50,639 nucleotides of DNA, from the IMG/VR virus record IMGVR_UViG_3300037424_002715, positions 1-50,639 of that record; one strand, given 5' to 3'. A program made the position numbers and the translations under genes. This DNA is from a virus. Its lineage: Duplodnaviria > Caudoviricetes. Numbering within the stretch: position 1 is the first letter of the stretch; every line of letters starts with the position of its first letter. The notes under the pieces are model-generated. The model worked only from the letters and a program-made list of their open reading frames with translations, was not told where the DNA came from and made no database searches. Below, piece by piece: positions 24,901 to 34,700 of this stretch.

Positions 24901-27900
24901 ACACTGGATGACTTGTCCGCCAATATGATTGACCGTACTCGTCGTATCCAGTCGGACTGGGCAATTCGTGCAGAAGCTACTGTCAACCCCATGCTCAATC
25001 CAGGCGAGTTTACGATGTCCAAGCCTTATATGCGGGAAATTGCCAGTCGCATCTCCAGACAATCTGGCCGGTCAGTTGAAACAGAATACAAGAGTCTATC
25101 TCAACGAAAAGACCTAGGCGGCATCATTGCCAGAGATCCCTTGATCAGCGAAAGTGAAAGCAGTCTTATTCCTGCCAAATATGTGTCCGAGTCAGAAATG
25201 GTCAAACGTTTTGGGAGTGATACGGAAGCTGCGGCTCTCTATAAAAAGCAAAATGCCCAAAACCTCACAATGGGTATTTCTGCAGATATGCCCATGCAGG
25301 TTCTGGGAGATGTGGACGGTGATAAATACATTGCCTTCCTGAACCTGAAGTATGGTAACAAGGGCAGGGTTCAAACCTATGCCTATCCCCAGGAAATGCT
25401 GACCACCACTGAAAAAGCCAAGGCACGCGAACTGGCTAAAGCAGGTGGCAATGTTCAAACAGCCAACCAGTTCAATGCCAATGTCCAGGGCTTTGAAGGA
25501 GTAGATCCACTTGCAAAAGGTCTTGGAAAAATAAGTTCAACCGATCGGCCTTATCAGGAAGTGGTTGAGGAATCCCTGCGTATGGCAGATAAGGGAACCA
25601 CGGTAGGGCCAACTTACGGTGTAGCCACAGCCATGCAAGCTGCCAATATTGTTCAGCGCGGAACTTCCGAAACAAATACCGATATTGAACTGGCTTATGA
25701 AGAGGCCATTGATATTCGTGGTCTGGGTAAATCCAGAATGGCAAGCGCCATTTCTTCTGTGAACTTCGGCAAGGATGTCCAAGGTACTGGTTATCTGGGA
25801 TATTCCACAGAGGATCCTGTGGATGAAAGAGACATACGTGGTACTGGTCCGCGTCGTACCAATCGCATGTATCTGGGCGGCAAGTCTGTGGAAAAGGATG
25901 TCAATCTGTATGGTGTCCAATCCTTCATGCGCCAAGCAGCCCGGGATATTGCATCCCCCACCAAGAGCGGTAATTATCTCACCACTGCCGCAACTATGGC
26001 AAATATGTTCGGGCGGGACAAGGAAGATACTGCTGAACTTCAGAAAATACTGGAAACAACTCCTGAGCCACAACGCGGCAATGTTCTGGAAGCGCGTATC
26101 GATCAGTTCTATAACGAAGGGGAAGGGACACGCCGGGAAAAAGATTATGCCATGTTCCAGACCCAGTTTGGGCTTCAACAGGCCGGGACTGCTTTGGTCA
26201 AGGATCGTGCTGATGAAGGAGTAGCCAACCAATTGGCAGAGTACCTTTCAGGTGGCGATAAAGAAAAAGGTACATTTCTCAAAAAACAATGGGGAGCTGT
26301 AGGTGTTATTTCTCAGCTCCGCAAAAAGGCTGCTTATATAGAAAACAAGGGGCGTGTTCTAAACAGACCACTTCTTGAAAATGCCTTGTCCTTTGTGAAG
26401 CCCGGAGATCCTGTTCATCGTTTGATCAGCGGCATGATGGACGTGAAACCAGGTACAACCAATGCTCCCGCACCTACTCCGGTTTCCAACTTGGAAAATC
26501 TGCAAAGTGCTCAACAGGCTGTTCTCACAGAGACAGCCCGGCAACCTATTACTCCTACAGAACAGGAAGCGGCTCCCTTACAGCAAGCACAGGAAAATCT
26601 TGTGCAGACTCAACAAAATGTTTCCCCTGCTCCCATGGATGATCTTGACCGCGAGTTGATGGCAGCCGAATCAGCTGTAGGATTGAATCGGGAGGGCATG
26701 ACTGAGGAGGAAAACAAACGTCTCAATGGCTTTATTCGTATGGGTCCGAAAAGCCAGGCAGAGTCGAATGAGTATTCCAGTCTATTGCAGAAAGCCAGAA
26801 AACAACCTTCTTCCAGCACGGATGAACCGGATCTGCTTGCACAACGCAGACAACAGGAAGTTGCCTTTAGTAAGACACTCAAGGATGAATTTGGAGAACC
26901 TCCTGGTGGCAGTGGTCTTGGCAATATAATGCCGCCTCCTGGTGGAGGACAACCTCCATCAGGTGGAAGTAGATATCCTTCCCGTCCTCCTACAGGAAAC
27001 CCCAACGTAGCTGTTCAACGTGCCTATGCTCAAACCATTCGGCATGGGGATGAGGCTTCGGGATTGATGAAGGAACTTAGCCAGACTTTCGGGGTCCCGA
27101 TCGACGAGTTGGTTCCTGAAATCTCTGCCCGGATGCAGACTGATCCACGCGGTACTCTGGCAAAGATGTCTCCGCAAACAGTTGCCAAACTCCGGGAATT
27201 TCCAGGCATCATCCGCAATCGTGCCATGGGAATGGCGCAGCTTGGCCGCAGCCGCTATGCAGAAGATCCGCGTTATGTCAAAGCCCTCAGTCCCTTCAAT
27301 GTAACAGCCCTGCCGATGGAGCAAGCGGCAGAGATCGGTGCCGCTTTCCCAGGTCGGGAAGGGAACCTTTCTCCAAGAACACTGATGCAGGCAGAAGCCA
27401 TGCCGCAGGAACAGGGCTTTCAGGATCTGGTCAAAACCATGCAGGAACAGGGTGTCTACGATCAGACAGCCTTTACCAGTGGTGGAGATTTCCGTCAGAG
27501 AGCAGAAGCTGTATTACAGTCGCCGCAGAACAGAGCCGCACTCAACCGAGCCATGCGCGTGGCAAGTAATATCAAATCCAGAGAGCTGCTTCCAGAAGGC
27601 GTAGCCAACATAGTTGATTTCGGAAAGGCAGCCAAGGCGGAAAGTCCTGGTCTGGTCAAAGAGACTGGTGCAAGTACTGGACAGATTTCCATCAATATTC
27701 CTCTGGATAAAATTGAGAAGCTCAACAAGTTATACGAGGAGCAATCAACTATTACTGAAAGGTTGAGTAAAGCCAGGGAAACAAACAACAAACATGATGA
27801 GAGGACTCTCGAAGTAGAAAAAGCCAAGGTCGATCTCAACATTCGCAAACAACAAGGCGCTATCTACACAGAAGGATTACAGCAGGAAGTTTCCGGCTAC

Positions 27901-30900
27901 CGGGCCATGATCACCAGTGGGGAGGCTCCTGCAGGAACTGTCAAGAAGCTTATGGCTTCTGAAAAACAGCTTAGTTCATTACAAGCTGAACAACAAGCCG
28001 AAGTTGCCGATGAGGGTGTAGGTCCCTTTGGTCGCACTGCCAGGCGTCTGCTTGGTGGTTTTGGCATGATGTATGCCCGATCAGTATTCAACTTTGCGAC
28101 CGGTGGATTGGGTTACGGAGAGCGGGAACGGGCTGGACTGGAAGGGGCTCTTTCCCAGGGTGCCTACCAGTCAACAGGTATGGCTCGCGTTGCCTACAAT
28201 CAAAACCAAGTTCTGCAAAACCAGATGGCTTTACAGGGAACCAACTTCAATCCCATCACCGGTATGCAATCTGCAATGGCTCAAACACCAATTGCCAGAG
28301 ATGTCTGGAATATGGGTGTGGCTGGTGTCGGGGCCTGGGGCTTCTCGCAGTATGCCGCGTCCACCATGCCAAAGGGGGATGCCTGGGGTCAGCGTCTGTC
28401 AGCAGCTTCCCCGTTTATTGGTATAGCAGCAGCAGGACTTTCCACGCTTGCAGATGTTTCGTCCAGAGCGAAGGATCCTTATGGAGTAGGCGAACGCATA
28501 GGTTCTGCTACCGGTCCAGGTGGAGGAATGCCAGGCATCAATGATGCCTGGGCAATGGGCTGGTTGAAGATGACAAATAAGGAAGGGTTTGGTCAGGCTA
28601 CTCAAGGTAGTGCGGCCACCCTGCTTGGTAGACAAGCTTTCCAGCAAGGACTGAGCATCAATGAAATGCAGAATGCCAAACTGCAGGACGAATATGGATA
28701 TTATGCTCAACGCGGGCTTACGACTACAAAAGGTCCGGGAGGTCAACAATACGCACGCGCTGGTGATGTTCTTGATAAGACGCAACAATTCGATATTGTT
28801 GCCCAACAACTCATACGGCAAAACCCATCCTTATCCCAGGAGACTGCTGCACAAACAGCAGGTTTCTTGCAGAGTTACGCACCAGGAATGGCGCTCAATG
28901 ATAAACGCATAGCAGCGCTTTCTGCAGATTACCAGTCTGGTGGACGCAATGCCACGTATGCCCAACAGATGTTGGGAATGAGCGGTATGGCCCCATCCCA
29001 GATGTATGATACATCTCAGGGTGGGATCAACCGGATAGCAAGAGTCCAGATGCAGCTCAATGCTGCTCCCATGGACATGAGCCAGCGTGCATTGATGGAA
29101 GCTGGCCTGCAACGCGGTGGCCAGATTGCAGGGGTTGAACAACTGGCACCCTGGATTACACAACGCGGCGGCAAGGAGGAAGTTGCCGCGGCTGCTCAAT
29201 ACTGGCAGGGTATCGGCAGTCTGAGCAACCAGCAATTCGGTGTGTATCAAACACAGGCTCAGGCCTCTCTTCTTGCCCAACAAGCCAATCTGCCAGGTGT
29301 GGCAGCTCCTACGCTTTCTGGTGTACAGGGAATAACCGATCCTGCCAAACTTGCGATGTTGTCTTCCCAGGCACAAGCCGAGGCAGGCCGCGCTCAACAA
29401 CGTATGAACTTTGCCCAGGGTCAGATGCAGCAGAGTTACAACTTCGGCAATGTCGGTTTGGGCAACCAGATGTATAACCAAATGACCAATGTCACTCCGG
29501 GTCAGGAGTGGGCTTATAACGACCTGTTCAACATGGACAAGCGCATGTTGGGCTTTGCTGGTACACAGGGCATGAACTTCAATCAAATGCCTGGTATCAG
29601 TCAAATTGGCGGAGGACAGATCAGCGCAGGTTATTACAACCAGATGGATGTGGGCATGAATGGTCAACTCACCGGTCTGGGATATGGACGCACATCCTTT
29701 GCTCAGGCAGGTGGTTTCAATGCCCAACAGATGGCAGGTAATATCTTTGGTAAGGACTGGCAGAATAATGCCAGGCTCTCTCAAGGAGGAATTCAGGCTG
29801 GCCTGAAAGGCCAGGATCTGCTCGCTCCCATTACCATCAATGGACAAACCACCACCCAGGTGGGCGGCACGATGGGAATGCAACTCTACCAGGATCAACT
29901 CCAGTATCAACAGCAAATGGCCGACATTGCACGTCAGCAAAAGGGCAACCAGCTCCAGTTTGCCTTCACCACAGGCGTAGGGCTTTCCCAGTACAACGGA
30001 ACAGTAGATCCTCGTACTGGCAAATCTTTTGGCAATTTAGGCGCAACTGGAGGCTTCTGGGGGCTGGAGGATCAATCCCGCAGGATGAGCAACCAACAAC
30101 AGGAGTGGTCATTTGGGTTCCAGGAACGACAGATGAACCTGGGCAATCAACAATTCATGCAAAATATGGGTCTGCAACAACAGGGTCAGAATATGCAGCG
30201 AGCCTGGACTAGACAGGATTGGCGCTTCAACGAAGAGACACGTGGTATGCAGTGGGGCTGGAAACAGGAGGATTTCCAGGAACAAGCCCGCTTTATGACT
30301 GGTCGTGAACGGAGAGTGGCCGAGCGCGGCATGGAACGGGAAACCATCATGCACGATCGGGAAGGGGAACAGATCGACAAGCAGAAAAAACGACAGCAGG
30401 AGTCATGGGACTTGGAGGATGAACGCTTCGATACCCAGATTCGCCAGCATCGGGAATCGCTGGAAATGCAGGAGGAACAACTCAAGAAACAACGTGAGTT
30501 CTTCGCGGAACGCAAGAAACTGGAAGAGGAGCAGGTCAAACTCCAACGAGCATACTTCATCCAGCAGAATGCCCTGCAGAAGGAGGCTACTGCGGCTGCG
30601 GCACATTACGCCACAGAGAATTTGAAATTGAAGGAAACCTTTACCCTACTTCAAATCGCTTCCGAACTGACTGGCGGACAACTTGACCTTATTCGAAAAG
30701 ATGGCTTCGAACCACTGAAGCAGATCTTTGCTGACATGGGTCCGGATATACAAAAGATTATCGAGGCCTTTCTGGGTCTCTCTGGAGCTGACGAAGATAG
30801 CGATTTGTCCGATTTTGGTTCCACTGCCTATAATAAACCCACAAGTGACAAAACAACTGTGGGAGATTTCCCATCCAATGTCGGTACACCACCTTCCAAA

Positions 30901-31302
30901 AAGAAACATGGTGGTGAGACCTCTGAATTTGCAGCAGGTGGTTTCCCGCCATTAGGCAAGGTTTCTTCTGTTGGTGAACAGGGTTGGGAGTTCTCTGTCG
31001 GTGGAGAAATTATCAACCATGAGGACTCTTCCCGGCTGGCATCCATGGGATTACGTCCAGGTTCTGCCTCAGAAGAAACCACATCCCGAATCGATGCTTA
31101 TATGCAGCGGGCCGCAACTGAGATGATGGGTCAAATGATGCAATCCACAAAACAAAACAATCTTCTGGACAGCATCTCCATCGATTATCAAACGCCCTCC
31201 CAACAGCAAACCTCTTCACAACCCGTTACGATCGTTCTCCAGGTTGGAAATGAGGAGTTGAAACGCATGACAGTCGATATTATGAAAGAGCAATTCCGAT
31301 GA
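21907..31302 (+). CDS. Tape measure protein with N-terminal putative two-barrel (DPBB) RNA polymerase
   Basis: Synteny; C-terminal half has hydrophobic helices, a Trp-periodic coiled coil and FAAGG...VGEQGWE; N-terminal half has R1076-D-P and D1135-V-D-G-D1139. Confidence 0.85.
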   Translation: MPKGMNTGPKRWNPQTSQWDDVSSTEKMNYWEAKANNESEAIQKPDIPASLAQETTRQRIGVPPAAETPAPPKAPRQRGPNPMRQADETWLKTLQGNLGTGYIAQWTSPKLVGKQVEIVNPNFVAEPLTFNVNLQHNVSKVGTVPIINENLTPGGVNAPAGVPIRAGVQVSVHDAIKANPEKGTQAKPESIDVVGFTPTTRLSHLVKNAFENANKQEDLPIRKAFQQAVAGVRQEEYEENATRANKQSPQAAINKHLAEVTVNVAGGPFDTKRGQYALAEVLGGTRAPGVQEPTAFTPVEQGTQAPEQKQFFQALREQGVVFNQRGNLQTPGNVITRTNENATPVARLTDAMKSIFNKSYGIGGLSTRMRPVTFEEDTQGRNVPRFVEPAPNTQQALLAGDQPQVTTSNIVQPAGDKFPVTLETIAMPRDISGILPGGALKSVNPQRQEYDYGHGTKLGMPLPEMNARDILEGKVKFNLQDFQGVGNQLGAGSRNLSLGTMSYKGSEIDLQTSKGEEALFPSSSPYLQIPSHYNPTTMEFTQGGAEEDVSTSGLIKKLQRQTGLKVRRSNLPGTALVMPAIGVGLARSRGGGGKFTENPITSMNVFQDTSRGTQQAVDIISSEGAKAPDVAQHLMGALTNPQQSALFNLWAENLPARERKAARVAVSNVEQQLARSSQQRAVPLDLNQAAAAYQEANPAFVGGGRELAAQIYQQQFVNYAQDPKMQARNLAATGSQYTLDPLKLGRFSPESMGLMRENYIRANTQPGRDMTAEQAGQAFDVRYRPAAEGLQAGEYPEVTYHPQPGEEYFRGRVERTRINAAETYSNEMGMAVSSAINTAYPEVGRQTGIDTENARPAQGAEAAGSFLNYLVNQRAVAAGGAAPENVRQISTDEAQRIRDIPKEVSGKAYNETIAKMLGVEERDQRTLLQFQGEGQPLIPNPNAMNQRGVFENLEGTSIGKVGLQAETLMREAAIATQTKGLALNPESRVQKASTRLFGTLDDLSANMIDRTRRIQSDWAIRAEATVNPMLNPGEFTMSKPYMREIASRISRQSGRSVETEYKSLSQRKDLGGIIARDPLISESESSLIPAKYVSESEMVKRFGSDTEAAALYKKQNAQNLTMGISADMPMQVLGDVDGDKYIAFLNLKYGNKGRVQTYAYPQEMLTTTEKAKARELAKAGGNVQTANQFNANVQGFEGVDPLAKGLGKISSTDRPYQEVVEESLRMADKGTTVGPTYGVATAMQAANIVQRGTSETNTDIELAYEEAIDIRGLGKSRMASAISSVNFGKDVQGTGYLGYSTEDPVDERDIRGTGPRRTNRMYLGGKSVEKDVNLYGVQSFMRQAARDIASPTKSGNYLTTAATMANMFGRDKEDTAELQKILETTPEPQRGNVLEARIDQFYNEGEGTRREKDYAMFQTQFGLQQAGTALVKDRADEGVANQLAEYLSGGDKEKGTFLKKQWGAVGVISQLRKKAAYIENKGRVLNRPLLENALSFVKPGDPVHRLISGMMDVKPGTTNAPAPTPVSNLENLQSAQQAVLTETARQPITPTEQEAAPLQQAQENLVQTQQNVSPAPMDDLDRELMAAESAVGLNREGMTEEENKRLNGFIRMGPKSQAESNEYSSLLQKARKQPSSSTDEPDLLAQRRQQEVAFSKTLKDEFGEPPGGSGLGNIMPPPGGGQPPSGGSRYPSRPPTGNPNVAVQRAYAQTIRHGDEASGLMKELSQTFGVPIDELVPEISARMQTDPRGTLAKMSPQTVAKLREFPGIIRNRAMGMAQLGRSRYAEDPRYVKALSPFNVTALPMEQAAEIGAAFPGREGNLSPRTLMQAEAMPQEQGFQDLVKTMQEQGVYDQTAFTSGGDFRQRAEAVLQSPQNRAALNRAMRVASNIKSRELLPEGVANIVDFGKAAKAESPGLVKETGASTGQISINIPLDKIEKLNKLYEEQSTITERLSKARETNNKHDERTLEVEKAKVDLNIRKQQGAIYTEGLQQEVSGYRAMITSGEAPAGTVKKLMASEKQLSSLQAEQQAEVADEGVGPFGRTARRLLGGFGMMYARSVFNFATGGLGYGERERAGLEGALSQGAYQSTGMARVAYNQNQVLQNQMALQGTNFNPITGMQSAMAQTPIARDVWNMGVAGVGAWGFSQYAASTMPKGDAWGQRLSAASPFIGIAAAGLSTLADVSSRAKDPYGVGERIGSATGPGGGMPGINDAWAMGWLKMTNKEGFGQATQGSAATLLGRQAFQQGLSINEMQNAKLQDEYGYYAQRGLTTTKGPGGQQYARAGDVLDKTQQFDIVAQQLIRQNPSLSQETAAQTAGFLQSYAPGMALNDKRIAALSADYQSGGRNATYAQQMLGMSGMAPSQMYDTSQGGINRIARVQMQLNAAPMDMSQRALMEAGLQRGGQIAGVEQLAPWITQRGGKEEVAAAAQYWQGIGSLSNQQFGVYQTQAQASLLAQQANLPGVAAPTLSGVQGITDPAKLAMLSSQAQAEAGRAQQRMNFAQGQMQQSYNFGNVGLGNQMYNQMTNVTPGQEWAYNDLFNMDKRMLGFAGTQGMNFNQMPGISQIGGGQISAGYYNQMDVGMNGQLTGLGYGRTSFAQAGGFNAQQMAGNIFGKDWQNNARLSQGGIQAGLKGQDLLAPITINGQTTTQVGGTMGMQLYQDQLQYQQQMADIARQQKGNQLQFAFTTGVGLSQYNGTVDPRTGKSFGNLGATGGFWGLEDQSRRMSNQQQEWSFGFQERQMNLGNQQFMQNMGLQQQGQNMQRAWTRQDWRFNEETRGMQWGWKQEDFQEQARFMTGRERRVAERGMERETIMHDREGEQIDKQKKRQQESWDLEDERFDTQIRQHRESLEMQEEQLKKQREFFAERKKLEEEQVKLQRAYFIQQNALQKEATAAAAHYATENLKLKETFTLLQIASELTGGQLDLIRKDGFEPLKQIFADMGPDIQKIIEAFLGLSGADEDSDLSDFGSTAYNKPTSDKTTVGDFPSNVGTPPSKKKHGGETSEFAAGGFPPLGKVSSVGEQGWEFSVGGEIINHEDSSRLASMGLRPGSASEETTSRIDAYMQRAATEMMGQMMQSTKQNNLLDSISIDYQTPSQQQTSSQPVTIVLQVGNEELKRMTVDIMKEQFR

Positions 31303-31727
31303 CCAATAAATACATCACTATTTCAGATAGTCAGGCAAATCTGGTAAGGCGTTGTGCAGTCATCAAGATGCAGACACCCTGGCAAAACACCAGTGAGTTC
31401 AAGATCACAGCTGGCGGCAAACTGGACAAGGCAGCCGGAGTCATCCTGGAGTTATTCCGGTTCACCTTGAAAATCTATGCAGAACCGGAAACCAATTATG
31501 CCAGCCTGGATGATCTAAAAACCTTCTTCCTTCTCAATAATCCTACTCCCTTAGCCGGGGCATCCAGTGACTTGCTGACCCTCACTGATCATTTCGGAAC
31601 AAACCACAATGTCAAATTCCGAGGGGATGCTGCCCCGGAACCAGTTACCACCCAGTTGAGTGGTCCCAATGCACTGTATTATGTCAATGTCGAATTCATC
31701 AAAGTTGATATTGCCGAGGGTTCATGA
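31299..31727 (+). CDS. Distal tail protein (Dit-like)
   Basis: 142 aa, immediately after and coupled to the TMP. Confidence 0.6.
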   Translation: MTNKYITISDSQANLVRRCAVIKMQTPWQNTSEFKITAGGKLDKAAGVILELFRFTLKIYAEPETNYASLDDLKTFFLLNNPTPLAGASSDLLTLTDHFGTNHNVKFRGDAAPEPVTTQLSGPNALYYVNVEFIKVDIAEGS

Positions 31728-34700
31728 GCCGCGATGTTTCTTCAAGCATGCTGGAAGCCATAGCCAATGAACACGGCTATAAATTCATTTCCAAGGTGGA
31801 AGTATTTCCATCACGGGTTTACTTCGATATCATTACAGACGACAATGCCTTTCCCAGTCCGGATACCCAACCTGCCAGCAATGATCCTGTACGTCAGGAC
31901 ATCCTGCATCATTCCGGATTAGGGTTGGTTACTTTTTACTGCGATGGGGATCTAAAATATGCCCTTCAGGGAAACTCCACGCCTGTTACCACAAATCTCA
32001 ACTCATCCAAGAAACCCGGTGTTTTTGGGGATATGTTGTATCTCATCGAAGGAACAGATGTAAATCGCTATGAAATAAACTGGACGGATATTTCCAACTT
32101 GGAGACCAGTCCCTTTTCCCTTGTGCAAACTCCGGTTCCTTCCAATGCTCCGGTTGTTGTTCATGGTATCAGTGAGACGGAGTGTGTTGTTTTTGGAAAC
32201 GGCGATGGCGGGTTCTCCATACATTACTTCAACGGAATAACGGAAATACTTTCTCCCGCCCGTTTTATGTTTCCAACCAGCGTGGATTGGGCAGAGAGTT
32301 CCCGCAGCATGGAATCTCTGGGCATCTTTTCCACAGCTTTTCGTCTGGGAAATCGTGTCTTTGCCTATATCAGTAATGCCTGCAGCGGCATAGTACAGGG
32401 TATTTTCTATGACCTCGACTCGGGAGTATGGAGTGATGTCTTTACTGCACTGCCCACAGACCTGCAGGTCAGTCTGTGTGAATTTCGGATCGCCAATTCC
32501 TTTGTCAGAAACGGAGTGGGCTATCTGGTTGGGCAATTGCTTCGAACCGATATATTCCAAAGCGCCTATCCCTACACTCTGATCCTCAAGACAGTGGATG
32601 GAAAGAGCTTCTCCATTGATCGCTTTACTCTGGTATCCAATCTGGGATATCGTTTTCTGGGTATCGTCGGGTCAGACAATCACCTTTATCTGGGAAACTG
32701 CAACCGTGTTTGTGAAGATCTGTCCACTTGGGTATTCGATGGAAATGATGACAGCACCAGCCCCATGACTTCCATTGCCTTTGAAGATCTGCTTGCCACG
32801 GAAGATGTCAATGCACAACGTATCACACTCAATCTCCCGGCAGGTGATGAGCAGGTTTATGAGAATGCTCATTATGTGAAGGGAGCACGTCTCAAACTCT
32901 ATTCAGGCTATCATACCTCCCTAGGTAATGAATATGTCCTGCATGGAACTTACATCATAGAAACCATCGGGAAATCCTTTGCCAATGGACAAAGAGGTTT
33001 CAAGGTCACCTGCACACAGGAGGGACATTGGCGGCTGACCGGTGAAAGCATGCCTTTCTATGCGGAGATCTTTGGATTATCCTCCCTGTATGATCCTCTG
33101 ACTGAGGCATCTGGTAAATTGTTCGTGGCACCCTCCGGGGTTCGAACTGACACACATTTCTATGTGGACTTTTGGAACCATGAAGGCTACGCTAATACAG
33201 AAGAGGGAATTACCGCTATTGATTTGAATTACAACGGTGGTGTCTCACACACAACTATCTCCGGTGCTCATAAAGTAGCCATGATCACCAAGGATGATCT
33301 GAGCGACAAACTCAACTCTGCCACCAATCCCAAGATCACGGGAACCACCTTGACAGTCAAACTGTATGGCTGGTCACGTGCCCTGGCAATCGGTCAGGCT
33401 AACGATATTGTCAACCTTATTCTGGTGACCTGTGATGAGGATGGCAATAACGAGTTGACCGAAATCACAACAGATACCCAGAACTGGCCGATCACCTATC
33501 CCTATCAAGGCGCAGGGATCAAACCTATTACCCTGACACTCACTGGTCAAACAGTGGAACGTTTCATCAAAAAGGTGGGTGTGGTCTTCGAACAAAGTGT
33601 TGGTACAAACTTTACGATCGCCAGAGTGGAATTTGTGAATAATGTGGAACTGCCCATCTCTCTGTCGCTTGCCAACACTCCATGGTCTGTGGAAGCCGAT
33701 GGAACCTTCAAGGTTCCGGGTAGCGGCCAGCCTTTTATCATGTTCGCACAAAAACCCTACAATGCCTGGAATTTTACCCTGACCTCTCTCTTTGAGAATA
33801 CAGTCACCGGAGGAGTGACGGGTTATGCTACAGCCGTAGGTTTGGTGGGGCTGGCTCAGGATGCAGCCAATTATGTCCTAGCTCGTTTCGACAAGACTTC
33901 CGGAAAAGTACAGTTGGTCAAATCCCGTAATGGCATCGAGACAGTTCTGGATGAAGCCACTCCTGGATGGACAATTGAAGATATACAGGGCATCCAGTTT
34001 ATTCACCGCGATGGTCACTTTACCATCATGATGTATCGTGACAGCACCACCCAGTATGAAATGGTACTGGAACATGACTGGATCGCAGCAGACGGTTTTA
34101 TGTATACTTCCGCCATTTCCACAAGGAAGTGCGGCATCTATGGAGCAATTCTTTCCCCGTTTGTCAGAACCCTCTCCTACGCCAGTGGTTCACAGGATAC
34201 TGTTTCCAACTCAGACGGATTGCCAATTGATCCCCTGGCTGATATCACTGATTTTCCATCTTCTGGAAACCTGCGCATCGGAGACAATGTGTACAGCTAT
34301 TCCGGCAAACTGGCGCATGCCTCCTATGTCGATGGACCCTATCAATTCCGTACCTGCGGTATCTACCCACCTCCCTTTGGAAATGGACAGGCTGGACTGG
34401 AATGCCTGGCTTTCGATTGGTATGCAGCGGAAAACTTATATGCAGGGAAATTCATCTCCATAGATAATGGCTCCACCTATATTTGTTCAGCTTCCTTGTG
34501 GCGTGTCTTTACCACCACACACAATGTCAAAAACTATATCCTGGGACGCAGCCGCCACTATTCCAGTAACAACAGCATTGGACGTTCCACGGCTACGCTT
34601 GCCAACAAGATCATGCTTGGCATTGGTGGTTTTACGGGTGTTGGTTTGATCAGTGGGACACAGACACGTCATCCTGTGGGAGAATATGCCTTCCTAGAAC

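Noticed and set aside
25306-25323. GDVDGD as an FG-GAP/dockerin/EF-hand calcium loop
   Set aside because: Single copy without the following G..D or repeats; the upstream R-x-P and strand pattern fit a DPBB active site better, though this is unproven.
28831-29940. 369-aa antisense ORF within the TMP (likewise 17166..18086 in the MCP and 10383..11117)
   Set aside because: Composition mirrors sense-strand codon bias; no domain motifs, unlike the antisense HNH.
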